A DNA stretch of 64,000 bases, from positions 1,847,389-1,911,388 of the forward strand of contig CP102260.1 in the NCBI GenBank assembly GCA_025146925.1, in the 5' to 3' direction. Shown piece after piece: positions 10,801-20,830 of the stretch (within the stretch, counting starts at the first letter, position 1; each line of letters opens with the position of its first letter). Origin of the DNA: [Bacteroides] pectinophilus. GTDB taxonomy: Bacteria > Bacillota > Clostridia > Lachnospirales > Lachnospiraceae. The position numbers and the translations under genes were made by a program. The notes under the pieces are model-generated. The model was not told where the DNA came from, ran no database searches, and worked only from the letters and a program-made list of their open reading frames with translations.

Positions 10801-12048
10801 GCTTTCAAGCGCGTGGAATTCACACCTGAGATGCGCAAGAACTATACTATTCTCTGCCCTCAGATGTCACCTATACATTTTGACCTGTTAGGCCCGGCAC
10901 TTTCATCATGCGGATATAATTTTGAAGTGCTTGACAATGATAACAAGTCATCTATTGACGTTGGACTCAAATATGTTAATAATGATGCCTGCTACCCTTC
11001 ACTTATGGTTGTAGGCCAGATAATGAGCGCAGTCCTTTCCGGCAGATACGACCTCACAAGGACTGCCATAATCATAACACAGACTGGCGGAGGATGCCGT
11101 GCATCCAACTATATCGGATTCATCAGACGCGCCCTCATAAAGGCCGGACATCCTGAGATTCCTGTAATATCACTCAGTGCGCAGGGGCTTGAGACTAACT
11201 CAGGTTTCTCATACGACTATATGATGCTTAAGAAGGCCATGATGGCAGTTGTGTACGGCGACGTATTTATGAACGTCCTGTACCGCACACGTCCATATGA
11301 GGCTGTTCCCGGCTCAGCCAACGCTCTCCATGAGAAATGGAAGAACATCTGTGTCGAACAGCTTGTAAAAGACAAAGTAAGCATGCGCGAATATAAGAAG
11401 AATATATATGCGATTGTGAAGGATTTTGACGAACTTCCTCTTCTTGATATCAAGAAGCCCCGCGTAGGCATCGTAGGTGAGATTCTTGTTAAGTTCCTTC
11501 CTTCAGCCAACAATTATCTTGTTGATCTGCTTGAATCAGAGGGTGCAGAAGCTGTAATGCCTGACCTTATGGGCTTCCTTCTCTACTGCTGTGAGAATGC
11601 CAACTTCAAGCATAAGTATCTGGGAACGCCTGCCAAGTCAGCAATAATTAACAACTTTGTTATTACATTCCTTGAATGGTTCCGTAAGGATGCCAAGGCT
11701 GCGCTCCAAGCAAGCAGGCGCTTCACAGCTCCGTCAACTATTAAGGAGACATCAGCTGCTGCCAAAGATATCGTATCATTAGGCAACCAGACCGGTGAAG
11801 GATGGCTTCTTACAGGTGAGATGATAGAGCTTATCCATAACAATGTGCCTAATATTGTCTGCTGTCAGCCATTTGCATGTCTTCCTAACCATATTGTAGG
11901 TAAGGGTGTTATCAAAGAACTCCGTGCAGCATATCCTGATGCCAACATAATCGCAGTGGATTATGATCCGGGTGCAAGTGAAGTTAACCAGCTTAACAGA
12001 ATTAAGCTTATGCTCTCGACAGCACAGAAGCAGCTTAATCAGCAATAA
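7811..12048 (+). CDS. Large fusion protein: two BadF/BadG/BcrA/BcrD-type (ASKHA) activase ATPase domains + 2-hydroxyglutaryl-CoA dehydratase D-component-like (HgdB/BcrBC-like) domain
   Basis: Two repeats of [11 protein letters not shown] / [11 protein letters not shown] ATPase signatures (about aa 20-300 and 335-600). C-terminal ~800 aa carry the CoA-dehydratase-like fold with a Cys-rich segment (CKGCTNNC). Start placed at 7811 after GGGAGG RBS. Confidence 0.85.
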
Positions 12049-12062
12049 TCTGTCACATATAA

Positions 12063-12110
12063 AAAATGTGGATATTCAATCCGTTATCATTGATTGAATA
12101 TCCACATTTT
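12063..12110. terminator. Bidirectional intrinsic terminator between convergent genes
   Basis: Perfect 18-bp inverted repeat AAATGTGGATATTCAATC...GATTGAATATCCACATTT flanked by A/T runs on both sides. Confidence 0.65.
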
Positions 12111-12114
12111 TATT

Positions 12115-12606
12115 TTATCTCTTTTTCTTCATCTTATCAAGATAACGCATCTCTTCCCCGCCTCTATGCGTAGGTTTCTCTCCGACATCCTCCATCCACA
12201 TGACGCCGTTAACCGACTTGGCTATCTTAAGCATACAGTCAGGGCAATATCTTCCATACCTGATATCTGTCCCGCACTTCTGGCACTTTATATATGTATC
12301 CGAACCATCAGGTATCTCTATCCTTCCCTGTCTTAAGAGCATATTAACATATTCAAGCGATACCCCCGTCTCGTCGCTTATAATAATCGCCGGCTGTGGT
12401 CCTGCTTTTTCAAGGAATTCCTTCACCCTGCCAAAATCCGACAGTTCAGTTCTTCCACACTTAGGACACTTAAACTGTTCTCCGAACATATACTTCATAT
12501 TAGTTCCACAGTCAGGACATATCTTAGTACGTTCATATCTCTGTGCCTTAATCTTTCGTTCATCTGTCTCACCACTCCCGGCAGACTTTGATTTTGGCAA
12601 AGCCAT
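12115..12606 (-). CDS. Zinc-ribbon protein of the YvyF/TIGR03826 flagellar-operon family
   Basis: Two CPxCG...CPxC ribbons flank a conserved ETGVSLEYVNMLLRQGRIEI segment, the same architecture as Bacillus YvyF (next to flgM). Confidence 0.5.
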   Translation of the reverse strand: MALPKSKSAGSGETDERKIKAQRYERTKICPDCGTNMKYMFGEQFKCPKCGRTELSDFGRVKEFLEKAGPQPAIIISDETGVSLEYVNMLLRQGRIEIPDGSDTYIKCQKCGTDIRYGRYCPDCMLKIAKSVNGVMWMEDVGEKPTHRGGEEMRYLDKMKKKR

Positions 12607-12624
12607 AACAATCAACCCCTTCCA

Positions 12625-13473
12625 TCATCCATTAAGATTAAGATTCTTATATCTGTCATAATTAATATTCTTATGGTCACCTTCATTAAGATTGACATTG
12701 CGGTATCTGTCACTTTTTATCCTGTCTGCGCTGCCATCAGAAAGTCCTCTTATTGCATCACCCTTCCTGTCATCAGCCGCATTCTGTGCCTTACCTCTTA
12801 AGTCTCCGTAACCTACAATCTTTCCCTGCTCAAGAGTCACTTCTTTCTGCTTAAGAATCTGCTTACGCTGTCTCTCATTAATATATCTTGAGAGTGCCAC
12901 AACCTTATTATTAAGCTTGCACCCATACAGCACCTTCTCCTCGCCATATACGACCTTACGTACAACAAGGCCTGTAAGTGACATGCTGGCACCGTCATCG
13001 CTGAATACCAGTCTTACTATAAGACCATCTGAATTCTCTATGTCATCCTTTGCAACAATTGAAAATCCCGACTCACTTATATCCTGTACCATTACATCGC
13101 TTGCTTTCCTGTTGGCACCTATCTGTGCAACACCCTGAAGTCCGAGCGGAAGCCTGAATGCACTTCTTCTGTTCTCTTCAAGTCCGGTTGTAACCGATGT
13201 AATTCTATATAAAGTATTCTTCTTATATACAGTTGTCTCAACTCTGATTCTCCGCCATACTACCGGTGGATGATTCTGCCTGTTAAGGACCAGATTCACA
13301 ACGATTCTGTCTGATGCAAAGCTTAAAACCTTATCCTGTACTCTTACCGGTGATGCGTATATGCCTCCCCCATCAGCTGCATCTACCATATCTGACTTGA
13401 ATTCATATCGCGCCCCGTTAATGATAACTTCAAGAGTTATCTCCTCCCCCTGACGTATCTCAGTCAGTTTCAT
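12625..13473 (-). CDS. PilZ-domain c-di-GMP receptor (YcgR/MotI-like flagellar brake candidate) with low-complexity C-terminal tail
   Basis: RRSAFRLPL (RxxxR) and DISESGFS (D/NxSxxG) PilZ signatures; upstream of the YvyF-like gene in one operon. Confidence 0.7.
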   Translation of the reverse strand: MKLTEIRQGEEITLEVIINGARYEFKSDMVDAADGGGIYASPVRVQDKVLSFASDRIVVNLVLNRQNHPPVVWRRIRVETTVYKKNTLYRITSVTTGLEENRRSAFRLPLGLQGVAQIGANRKASDVMVQDISESGFSIVAKDDIENSDGLIVRLVFSDDGASMSLTGLVVRKVVYGEEKVLYGCKLNNKVVALSRYINERQRKQILKQKEVTLEQGKIVGYGDLRGKAQNAADDRKGDAIRGLSDGSADRIKSDRYRNVNLNEGDHKNINYDRYKNLNLNG

Positions 13474-13641
13474 CTGGCGTCCACCTTTCTCATCCTTTTA
13501 CGACTATAGTATCATTTATCTATAAATATATCACAATTGTTTCAATTGTTCAACAAAATAAAATACCGCACAAAAGACTGCACAATAGTCTTTCATGCGG
13601 TATGCAGATACTAAAAATCATATGTCTGCTTCAACGGCATA

Positions 13642-14388
13642 TTACTCTTCATCATCCTCAGCCGGTGCATCCCAGTTATGGTATACATTCTGAACATCAT
13701 CATCCTCATCAAGAAGCATAAGTATTCTGTTCATCTTCTTGATATCCTCTTCTGATGTAAGCTCAACATAATTCTGCGGAATCTTTGTTACCTCGGCTGA
13801 TGCCATAGGTATCTTCTGCTCCTCAAGAGCCTGACGTACTGTCTCAAAATCGTCAGGAGCAGTTGTTATCTCAAAGCTGTCATCTTCCTCTGAAAAATCA
13901 TCAGCGCCTGCATCAAGTGCTATCATCATAAGGTCATCTGCATCCATATCGCATTCTTCCTTAGATACGATTATAAGTCCCTTATCATCAAACATGAAAG
14001 ATACACAGCCCGGAGTACCGATGCTTCCGCCGCCCTTTGTAAATGCGCTTCTGATATTAGAAGCAGCACGGTTACGGTTATCTGTAAGCGCCTCGACAAT
14101 AATTGCCGAACCGCTTGGACCATAGCCTTCATATACAACTGACTCATAATTAGACGCATCTGAACCTGCAGCCTTCTTAATAGCACGCTCAATTGTATCG
14201 TTAGGCATATTGTTAGCCTTAGCTTTGGCAACAACAGTTCTTAACTTACTGTTATTGTTCACATCAGGGCCGCCCTCTTTAACTGCAACCATGATTTCCT
14301 TACCGATTCTTGTAAATATCTTTCCCTTTGCTGCATCATTAGCAGCCTTCTTATGTGCTATATTAGCAAATTTTGAATGTCCTGACAT
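13642..14388 (-). CDS. YebC/PmpR-family transcriptional regulator
   Basis: MSGHSKFANIAHKKAANDAAKGKIFTRIGKEI... full-length YebC. Confidence 0.9.
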   Translation of the reverse strand: MSGHSKFANIAHKKAANDAAKGKIFTRIGKEIMVAVKEGGPDVNNNSKLRTVVAKAKANNMPNDTIERAIKKAAGSDASNYESVVYEGYGPSGSAIIVEALTDNRNRAASNIRSAFTKGGGSIGTPGCVSFMFDDKGLIIVSKEECDMDADDLMMIALDAGADDFSEEDDSFEITTAPDDFETVRQALEEQKIPMASAEVTKIPQNYVELTSEEDIKKMNRILMLLDEDDDVQNVYHNWDAPAEDDEE

Positions 14389-14412
14389 AAAACAAACTCC
14401 TCAAACTACTTA

Positions 14413-14838
14413 TTAAAGATTAGCCTTAATCTTCTCAATCATATCTGCATATTCAGCATCTGTAAGATACTTTCTGTCCGGGTTCATAAGGAACACACCG
14501 CCCCATTCAAACTCGTCCTTATACTTAGGAGTGAGGTGGAAATGCAGATGGTGGCCTGTGTCACCATAAGCGCCATAATTCACCTTATCCGGATGGAAGG
14601 CTGCCATAATTGCTCTGGCAACTCTTGCAACATCCTCAAAATATGCAGCTCTCTCTTCAGCTGTAAGCTCATTCATATCACCTACATGCTTCTTATGTGC
14701 AACAATACATCTTCCCGGATGACTCTGCTCTTTGAAAAGATATACCTTAGATGTCTCAAGCTCACAAATCTTAATTCCGAACTTTGCTACAAGTTCTCCC
14801 TCAACGCAATATGCGCAATTGTTATCTATCATAACCAT
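14413..14838 (-). CDS. HIT-family (histidine triad) nucleotide hydrolase
   Basis: HHLHFHL triad motif. Confidence 0.8.
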   Translation of the reverse strand: MVMIDNNCAYCVEGELVAKFGIKICELETSKVYLFKEQSHPGRCIVAHKKHVGDMNELTAEERAAYFEDVARVARAIMAAFHPDKVNYGAYGDTGHHLHFHLTPKYKDEFEWGGVFLMNPDRKYLTDAEYADMIEKIKANL

Positions 14839-14858
14839 TCTCCTTTTAACTCTTTATA

Positions 14859-16946
14859 TTATTCAGCAGGGCAGTCCTTGATGCTGAAGCTTATTCTTCC
14901 CATCTTGTCCTTGCCGAGGCATATGCAGCGGACTGTATCACCAAGTGTAAGCACATCCTCAACATGATTGATTCTTTCCTTGGCAATCTTAGAGATATGT
15001 ACCATACCTTCCTTACCAGGTGCGAATTCGATAAATGCACCGAACTCCTTGATGCTTACAACCTTACCTTCAAATATCTGTCCTTCTTCAAAGTCTGTAA
15101 CGATAGTATTGATATACTTCAGTGCCTTCTGCATTCCTTCGCTCTCAACACCACAGATAGATACGAAGCCGTCATCGTTAATATCAATCTTAACGCCTGT
15201 CTCTTCAATAATCGCATTGATTGTCTTACCGCGCTGGCCTACAACGTCACCAATCTTTGCAGGATCAATCTTTGTCTGGATAATCTTAGGAGCGTACTTG
15301 CCAACCTCTTTACGTGGCTCCGCAATTGCAGGCTTCATACATGTATCCATGATGAAAAGTCTTGCTTCTCTTGTTCTTGCAATAGCCTCTTCAACAATCG
15401 GTCTTGTAAGTCCGTGAATCTTGATATCCATCTGAATAGCTGTGATACCTTCTGTAGTACCTGTTACCTTGAAGTCCATATCGCCAAAGAAATCTTCAAG
15501 TCCCTGAATATCAGTAAGTACGATATAATCGTCGTCTGTGTCTCCCGTAACAAGACCACATGATATACCTGCTACCATTCTCTTAATAGGTACACCGGCT
15601 GCCATAAGTGACATACAGGAAGCACATGTTGATGCCATTGATGTTGAACCGTTAGACTCAAATGTCTCGGATACGGCACGGATTGCATATGGGAACTCTT
15701 CCTCTGACGGAAGTACAGGTATAAGTGCTCTCTCTGCGAGTGCTCCATGTCCAATCTCACGACGTCCCGGTCCTCTTGAAGGCTTTGTCTCACCTACTGA
15801 GTATGAAGGGAAGTTATAGTGATGAATATATCTCTTAGCTGTAACATTCTCATCAAGTCCGTCTACCTTCTGTGCCTCTGATAAAGGCGCAAGTGTTACA
15901 ACATCGCAGATCTGTGTCTGTCCTCTTGTGAACATAGCCGAGCCGTGAACTCTCGGAATAAGGTCAATCTCTGCTGCAAGCGGACGAATCTGTGTGATAG
16001 CACGTCCATCAGGTCTCTTGTGGTCCTTAAGAATCATCTTCCTTACAGTCTTCTTCTGATACTGGTATACAGCTTCGCCAAGGATTGCAAGCCATTCCTC
16101 ATTATCAGCAAAGGCTTCCTTGAACTTCTCTGTTATTGCATCGATGTTAGCTTCTCTTGTCTGCTTGTCATCTGTGAATACTGCAACTTCCATCTCCTCA
16201 GGTGTTACGATTGCCTTCATTGCATCGAACATCTCCTGTGGGATAGCGCAGCTCTCATATGAATGCTTTGGCTTGCCAACCTCGGCTACAATCTTATTGA
16301 TAAACTCAATAATTGTCTGGTTTACTTCGTGGCACTTGTAGATAGCCTCAATCATCCTGGCTTCCGGAACTTCATTAGCTCCACACTCAATCATGATTAC
16401 CTTCTGGCTTGTAGAAGCAACCGTAAGTCTCAAATCACCATTCTTCCACTGCTCCTGTGAAGGATTGACAACAAATTCACCATCAATCATACCAAGCTGT
16501 GTCATAGCACATGGCCCGTCAAATGGGATATCAGATATACATGTGGCAATTGAAGCACCAAGCATGGCAACAAGCTCAGGGCGGCACTCAGGATCTACTG
16601 ACATTACCATATTGTTAAGAGTAACATCGTTACGGTAATCCTTAGGGAACAGAGGTCTCATAGGACGGTCAATCACTCTTGATGTAAGGATTGCATTCTC
16701 TGATGCCTTGCCTTCTCTCTTGTTGAAGCCACCCGGAATCTTACCTACCGCATAAAGCTTCTCCTCATATTCTACGCTGAGTGGGAAGAAATCAATTCCC
16801 TCTCTTGGCTCCTTTGATGCTGTTGCTGTTGAAAGAACAACAGTATCACCGTAATGCATAAGTGCTGCACCGTTAGCCTGTGCACACACTCTGCCAACAT
16901 CAACAGTAAGTGTTCTGCCGGCAATTTCCATTGAATAACTCTTGTA
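14859..16946 (-). CDS. pnp: Polyribonucleotide nucleotidyltransferase (PNPase)
   Basis: Two RNase PH domains, KH and S1 domains. Start set at MYKSY (AGGAGA RBS); the longer ORF-track extension lacks support. Confidence 0.95.
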   Translation of the reverse strand, partial: YKSYSMEIAGRTLTVDVGRVCAQANGAALMHYGDTVVLSTATASKEPREGIDFFPLSVEYEEKLYAVGKIPGGFNKREGKASENAILTSRVIDRPMRPLFPKDYRNDVTLNNMVMSVDPECRPELVAMLGASIATCISDIPFDGPCAMTQLGMIDGEFVVNPSQEQWKNGDLRLTVASTSQKVIMIECGANEVPEARMIEAIYKCHEVNQTIIEFINKIVAEVGKPKHSYESCAIPQEMFDAMKAIVTPEEMEVAVFTDDKQTREANIDAITEKFKEAFADNEEWLAILGEAVYQYQKKTVRKMILKDHKRPDGRAITQIRPLAAEIDLIPRVHGSAMFTRGQTQICDVVTLAPLSEAQKVDGLDENVTAKRYIHHYNFPSYSVGETKPSRGPGRREIGHGALAERALIPVLPSEEEFPYAIRAVSETFESNGSTSMASTCASCMSLMAAGVPIKRMVAGISCGLVTGDTDDDYIVLTDIQGLEDFFGDMDFKVTGTTEGITAIQMDIKIHGLTRPIVEEAIARTREARLFIMDTCMKPAIAEPRKEVGKYAPKIIQTKIDPAKIGDVVGQRGKTINAIIEETGVKIDINDDGFVSICGVESEGMQKALKYINTIVTDFEEGQIFEGKVVSIKEFGAFIEFAPGKEGMVHISKIAKERINHVEDVLTLGDTVRCICLGKDKMGRISFSIKDCPAE

Positions 16947-16983
16947 CATTTCCATTCTCCTTTTCTGATTATTTATTAATAGA

Positions 16984-17080
16984 CAGAAGCTCCGAAACAA
17001 CTGAAATACACACTTGGACCACATAGTGTGCCAAAATCCGGCAAAAGTATGTATTTCAGTGGTCTCGGGATAAACTTCTG
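16984..17080 (-). promoter_or_regulatory. Long imperfect stem-loop in the pnp 5' leader (candidate RNase III autoregulatory hairpin)
   Basis: Inverted repeats CAGAAG/CTTCTG and CTGAAATAC/GTATTTCAG enclosing ~60 nt. Confidence 0.35.
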
Positions 17081-17094
17081 TTACCATACTTACG

Positions 17095-17123
17095 AAAAAA
17101 GAGGCGGAATGTCTCCCGCCTCT
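17095..17123 (-). terminator. Intrinsic terminator after rpsO
   Basis: AGAGGCGGGAGACAUUCCGCCUCUUUUUU on the minus strand. Confidence 0.65.
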
Positions 17124-17132
17124 AATCTGCAA

Positions 17133-17399
17133 TTACTTTCTGAGTCCTAAACGCTCAATCAAAGCACGGTAAGCATCGATATCATCCTTCTTGAGGTACT
17201 CAAGCAAAGCTCTTCTCTTACCAACCATCTTAAGAAGTCCTCTTCTTGAATGGTGATCCTTAGCATTAACCTTAAGATGCTCTGTAAGCTCGTTAATTCT
17301 CTCTGTAAGGATAGCTACCTGAACCTCAGGTGAACCTGTATCCTGTGGAGTTCTACCGTATGCAGCAATAATCTCTGCCTTCTTTTCCTTTGAAATCAT
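17133..17399 (-). CDS. rpsO: 30S ribosomal protein S15
   Basis: [16 protein letters not shown]...[18 protein letters not shown]. Confidence 0.95.
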   Translation of the reverse strand: MISKEKKAEIIAAYGRTPQDTGSPEVQVAILTERINELTEHLKVNAKDHHSRRGLLKMVGKRRALLEYLKKDDIDAYRALIERLGLRK

Positions 17400-17528
17400 C
17401 GTGATTTCCTCCTTAAAAATAATATTAATCACCTGATATTAAGACAAGGCTGGAGTATCCTTTGCCTGAATATCGGCTCACATACTCATTTAATATATCA
17501 CACAGTGTATGCATTTTCAAGCATTTTT

Positions 17529-18452
17529 TTAAATCATAAACAGCTGTCTTGCGAACTGTGCATCGGCATCTATCTGCTTATGCAGCGCCTCAATATTATC
17601 AAACTTCATCTCAGGTCTCTGAAAATGCCTGAGCTGTACTTCCACATTCACTCCGTATACATCTTCATCAAAATCAAACAGGAATGTCTCAACACTAATC
17701 TCGGCATTGTCCTTTACGGTAGGCTTGATGCCTACATTGGTAACTCCATAAAAGCTTTTTCCGCCGAGTATTGTAACAGATGCATATACACCATTAGGCG
17801 GAAGCAGTTTTCCTGCCGGTGGGTATATATTAATCGTAGGAAGGTTCATTGTCCTGCCAATCTGGCTTCCCTTCGCAATAACGCCGTTAACCGAGTATGG
17901 TCTTGCGAGGAGCATATTGACAGTTTCCATATGTCCTACCTGAAGTTCTTCCCTGACAAACGTGCTGCTTATCTCACGTTCTTCATAACATTCTTTTGGG
18001 ACAACAACAAGTTCAAATCCGGCTTCATCCGCCATATCCGCAAGCATCTGTACATTACCGCGGCCGCCTTTGCCGAATGTATAATCCGGGCCTACCACAA
18101 CACACACTGCTTTGAGACTTTTTCTTATTATATCTTCAACAAATACTTCAGGCTCCGTATTCATAAACTCACTTGTAAATGGATACTCAACCAGAATATC
18201 TATGCCAAGACTCTCTATAAAGCTTCTTCTCTCAGCATTGGTCATGATATAGCTCTGTCCCGGAGTCTTGCTAAGACTTACCGGTATATGGTCAAATGTA
18301 AATGCTGCTGACATTGCACCATATCCGGAAGCCTTATCCCTTACCGTTGCAAGCAGCTTCTGATGACCTTTGTGTACGCCGTCAAACTTGCCAAGCGTCA
18401 CAACAGTAGCACCTTCAATTGTAAACTTATCAGTATCATGAATGTATCTCAT
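17529..18452 (-). CDS. ribF: Bifunctional riboflavin kinase / FMN adenylyltransferase
   Basis: N-terminal FAD synthetase and C-terminal flavokinase domains. Confidence 0.9.
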   Translation of the reverse strand: MRYIHDTDKFTIEGATVVTLGKFDGVHKGHQKLLATVRDKASGYGAMSAAFTFDHIPVSLSKTPGQSYIMTNAERRSFIESLGIDILVEYPFTSEFMNTEPEVFVEDIIRKSLKAVCVVVGPDYTFGKGGRGNVQMLADMADEAGFELVVVPKECYEEREISSTFVREELQVGHMETVNMLLARPYSVNGVIAKGSQIGRTMNLPTINIYPPAGKLLPPNGVYASVTILGGKSFYGVTNVGIKPTVKDNAEISVETFLFDFDEDVYGVNVEVQLRHFQRPEMKFDNIEALHKQIDADAQFARQLFMI

Positions 18453-18463
18453 TCATCTGCTCC

Positions 18464-19399
18464 TCAATTATCCCCTGCTGCCTCACCGGCATCATAAAAC
18501 ATCTTAACAGGCACAAGACGGCCTTCTGCGTGTCTGTATATCCCGACGAATATTCCGCAGGAATCGTACATCCTGAAGCTCTCGTCATCGTGTGCAGCTG
18601 CTTCCCCTTCTACTGCAATATATTCCTCAGTCACAGGTATCATATTGCCATTATGAAGCGCAGCATCAGCACGCTCACACCCATGTATGGCACGATATTT
18701 ATTGAATATTGCATCTATCGGTATAATATTGTCTGCTATATCGCCAAGCAGGACTTTTGCCTGAACACTTCCAAGTGTAAGCGCATTATCTGTATTAAAG
18801 CAGCCTACCGACGTACGTGTAAGCTCCTTCATACATGCACCGCATCCAAGTCTGTCTCCTATATCATTGCAAAGTGCTCTTATGTATGTTCCTTTTGAAC
18901 ATTCTACTGTCATTCTGACAGTATGCTCCTGAACATTAAGCTCGTTCACCCTGATTGATTCTATTCTTACATGCCTTGGTTTGCGTTCAACCTCTATTCC
19001 CTGCCTTGCAAGCTCATAAAGCTTTCTGCCATTATGCTTAAGTGCAGAATACATCGGAGGTATCTGCTCATAGTCTCCTACAAAGCTGTCTATTGCATCC
19101 ATTATCTTTCGTGCATCTGTCTCAGGTTCACACATTCTGATAACATTGCCTGACGTATCCTGTGTATCCGTGGTCTGCCCAAGCAGCATAACAGCCTCAT
19201 ATGTCTTATTCCAGTCAGTAAGCATATCACACATCCTCGTCGCCTTGCCTAAGCATACCGGGAGAACCCCTTGGGCATCAGGGTCAAGTGTCCCCGTATG
19301 GCCTATCTTTTTCTGATGCAGGATGCCCCTTAACTTTGCAACGACATCATGTGATGTATATCCTTTTTCCTTGTAGATATTTATGACGCCATTAATCAT
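18464..19399 (-). CDS. truB: tRNA pseudouridine(55) synthase
   Basis: GHTGTLDP catalytic motif; C-terminal PUA-like domain. Confidence 0.9.
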   Translation of the reverse strand: MINGVINIYKEKGYTSHDVVAKLRGILHQKKIGHTGTLDPDAQGVLPVCLGKATRMCDMLTDWNKTYEAVMLLGQTTDTQDTSGNVIRMCEPETDARKIMDAIDSFVGDYEQIPPMYSALKHNGRKLYELARQGIEVERKPRHVRIESIRVNELNVQEHTVRMTVECSKGTYIRALCNDIGDRLGCGACMKELTRTSVGCFNTDNALTLGSVQAKVLLGDIADNIIPIDAIFNKYRAIHGCERADAALHNGNMIPVTEEYIAVEGEAAAHDDESFRMYDSCGIFVGIYRHAEGRLVPVKMFYDAGEAAGDN

Positions 19400-20351
19400 A
19401 TATTTTCTTTCCCATCTGCAGTTCAAGCTGTGCTCCGATGTTATTTATAATGTCGTGAACCGTTCCATGCATTGTGCATCCGGCAGCACGTACATGTCCG
19501 CCGCCGCCAAAATGCATTGCTATCCTGCTGACATCAATATAGCTCTTCGAGCGCAGGCTGACCTTGTATTCATGAATGCCGGTCTCATATAGAAATATTG
19601 CGACTTCAACACCATCAGTAAGTCTTAACTGTTCAATAATGCCACCGAGCGCCTTGCCATCCACGCCATAAAAATCCATGGTTTTTCTGTTAACAGCTGA
19701 AAAAATGCATTTACCATCGTAGAAAAGCACGCTTTCAAGAAGAGCTCTTCCAAGAATCTGGTTCTGGTTATACGTCTTCTTATAAAAGCTGTTGTCTATT
19801 ATATCCGAATATGCAATGCCCTTTTCCATCATGCGTCCTGCGATAGTCATTGTATCAGCAGATGTACAGCTGTATTTGAACACGCCGGTATCATGAATAA
19901 TTCCCGTATATATGCATTCAGCCGTATTCTTACTTATAAGACTGTCATCAAGTGTTCCGTACAGTACTTCACATGTAGAGCTTGCATCCGGCATAATAAC
20001 TGATGCATCTGCAAAACCGCCATTGCTCACATGATGGTCAAGGCATATCTTCTTAACCGAATTATTGTAGCACTTTACAAACGGCTTGAATCTTTCCACG
20101 TCCGAACAGTCAAGCACAAAAAATACATCGTGCGCCTTGTCATCCGCTTCATGCTTTATCTCATCAATTCCATTGATATAGCCGAATTCATCACCAGGCT
20201 TTTCAAGATATACATCCACCTGAATACCAGGCATATTATCAATAATATAATTGTATAATCCCATGCATGAGCCTACGCAGTCACCATCAGGACGTACATG
20301 TCCCGTAATTCCCACAGTCTTTGCACCCGCCAGTTCTTCTGCAATATTCAT
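19392..20351 (-). CDS. nrnA: DHH/DHHA1 phosphoesterase (NrnA-like oligoribonuclease / pAp phosphatase)
   Basis: DHH motif (DHH), GGGH DHHA1 motif (HFGGGGH); start at MNIAEE after AGGAGGA. Confidence 0.8.
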   Translation of the reverse strand: MNIAEELAGAKTVGITGHVRPDGDCVGSCMGLYNYIIDNMPGIQVDVYLEKPGDEFGYINGIDEIKHEADDKAHDVFFVLDCSDVERFKPFVKCYNNSVKKICLDHHVSNGGFADASVIMPDASSTCEVLYGTLDDSLISKNTAECIYTGIIHDTGVFKYSCTSADTMTIAGRMMEKGIAYSDIIDNSFYKKTYNQNQILGRALLESVLFYDGKCIFSAVNRKTMDFYGVDGKALGGIIEQLRLTDGVEVAIFLYETGIHEYKVSLRSKSYIDVSRIAMHFGGGGHVRAAGCTMHGTVHDIINNIGAQLELQMGKKIYD

Positions 20352-20402
20352 ATGGCTGTCCTCCTGTCTGTTCTTCATTCCTGCTATTATTGTTCATTTC
20401 CG

Positions 20403-20801
20403 TTACTGTTCTGATAAGTTCTCTTCATCCTCATCACCGCCGTCTTCAAGACCTGCGTTAACCTCATCAATAAGACGTGACATTCTTACTCCGTACTCAA
20501 TTGACTGATCAAGTATAAATCTTATCTCAGGCGTATTTCTCAGATTAACCGTATGTGCAAGTTCCCTTCTGATATATCCTTCTGCGCTCTTAAGACCGGC
20601 AATCGTATCCTGCTGTGCTTTTTCGTCTCCGAGGACACTTATATATGCCTTACATGTCTTAAGGTCAGGTGCGACCTCCACCGTCACGACAGATGTCATC
20701 GGGTGGATTCGCGGATCCTTAATCTCATTATGGATAATATTGCTCAACTCTCTCTGAACTTCGCCATTGATACGTGTATTCTTAATACTGTTTTTACGCA
20801 T
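20403..20801 (-). CDS. rbfA: Ribosome-binding factor A
   Basis: KH-like RbfA fold with acidic C-terminal tail. Confidence 0.9.
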   Translation of the reverse strand: MRKNSIKNTRINGEVQRELSNIIHNEIKDPRIHPMTSVVTVEVAPDLKTCKAYISVLGDEKAQQDTIAGLKSAEGYIRRELAHTVNLRNTPEIRFILDQSIEYGVRMSRLIDEVNAGLEDGGDEDEENLSEQ

Positions 20802-20830
20802 ATCATTCTCCATTTCTGATTATCACAATA

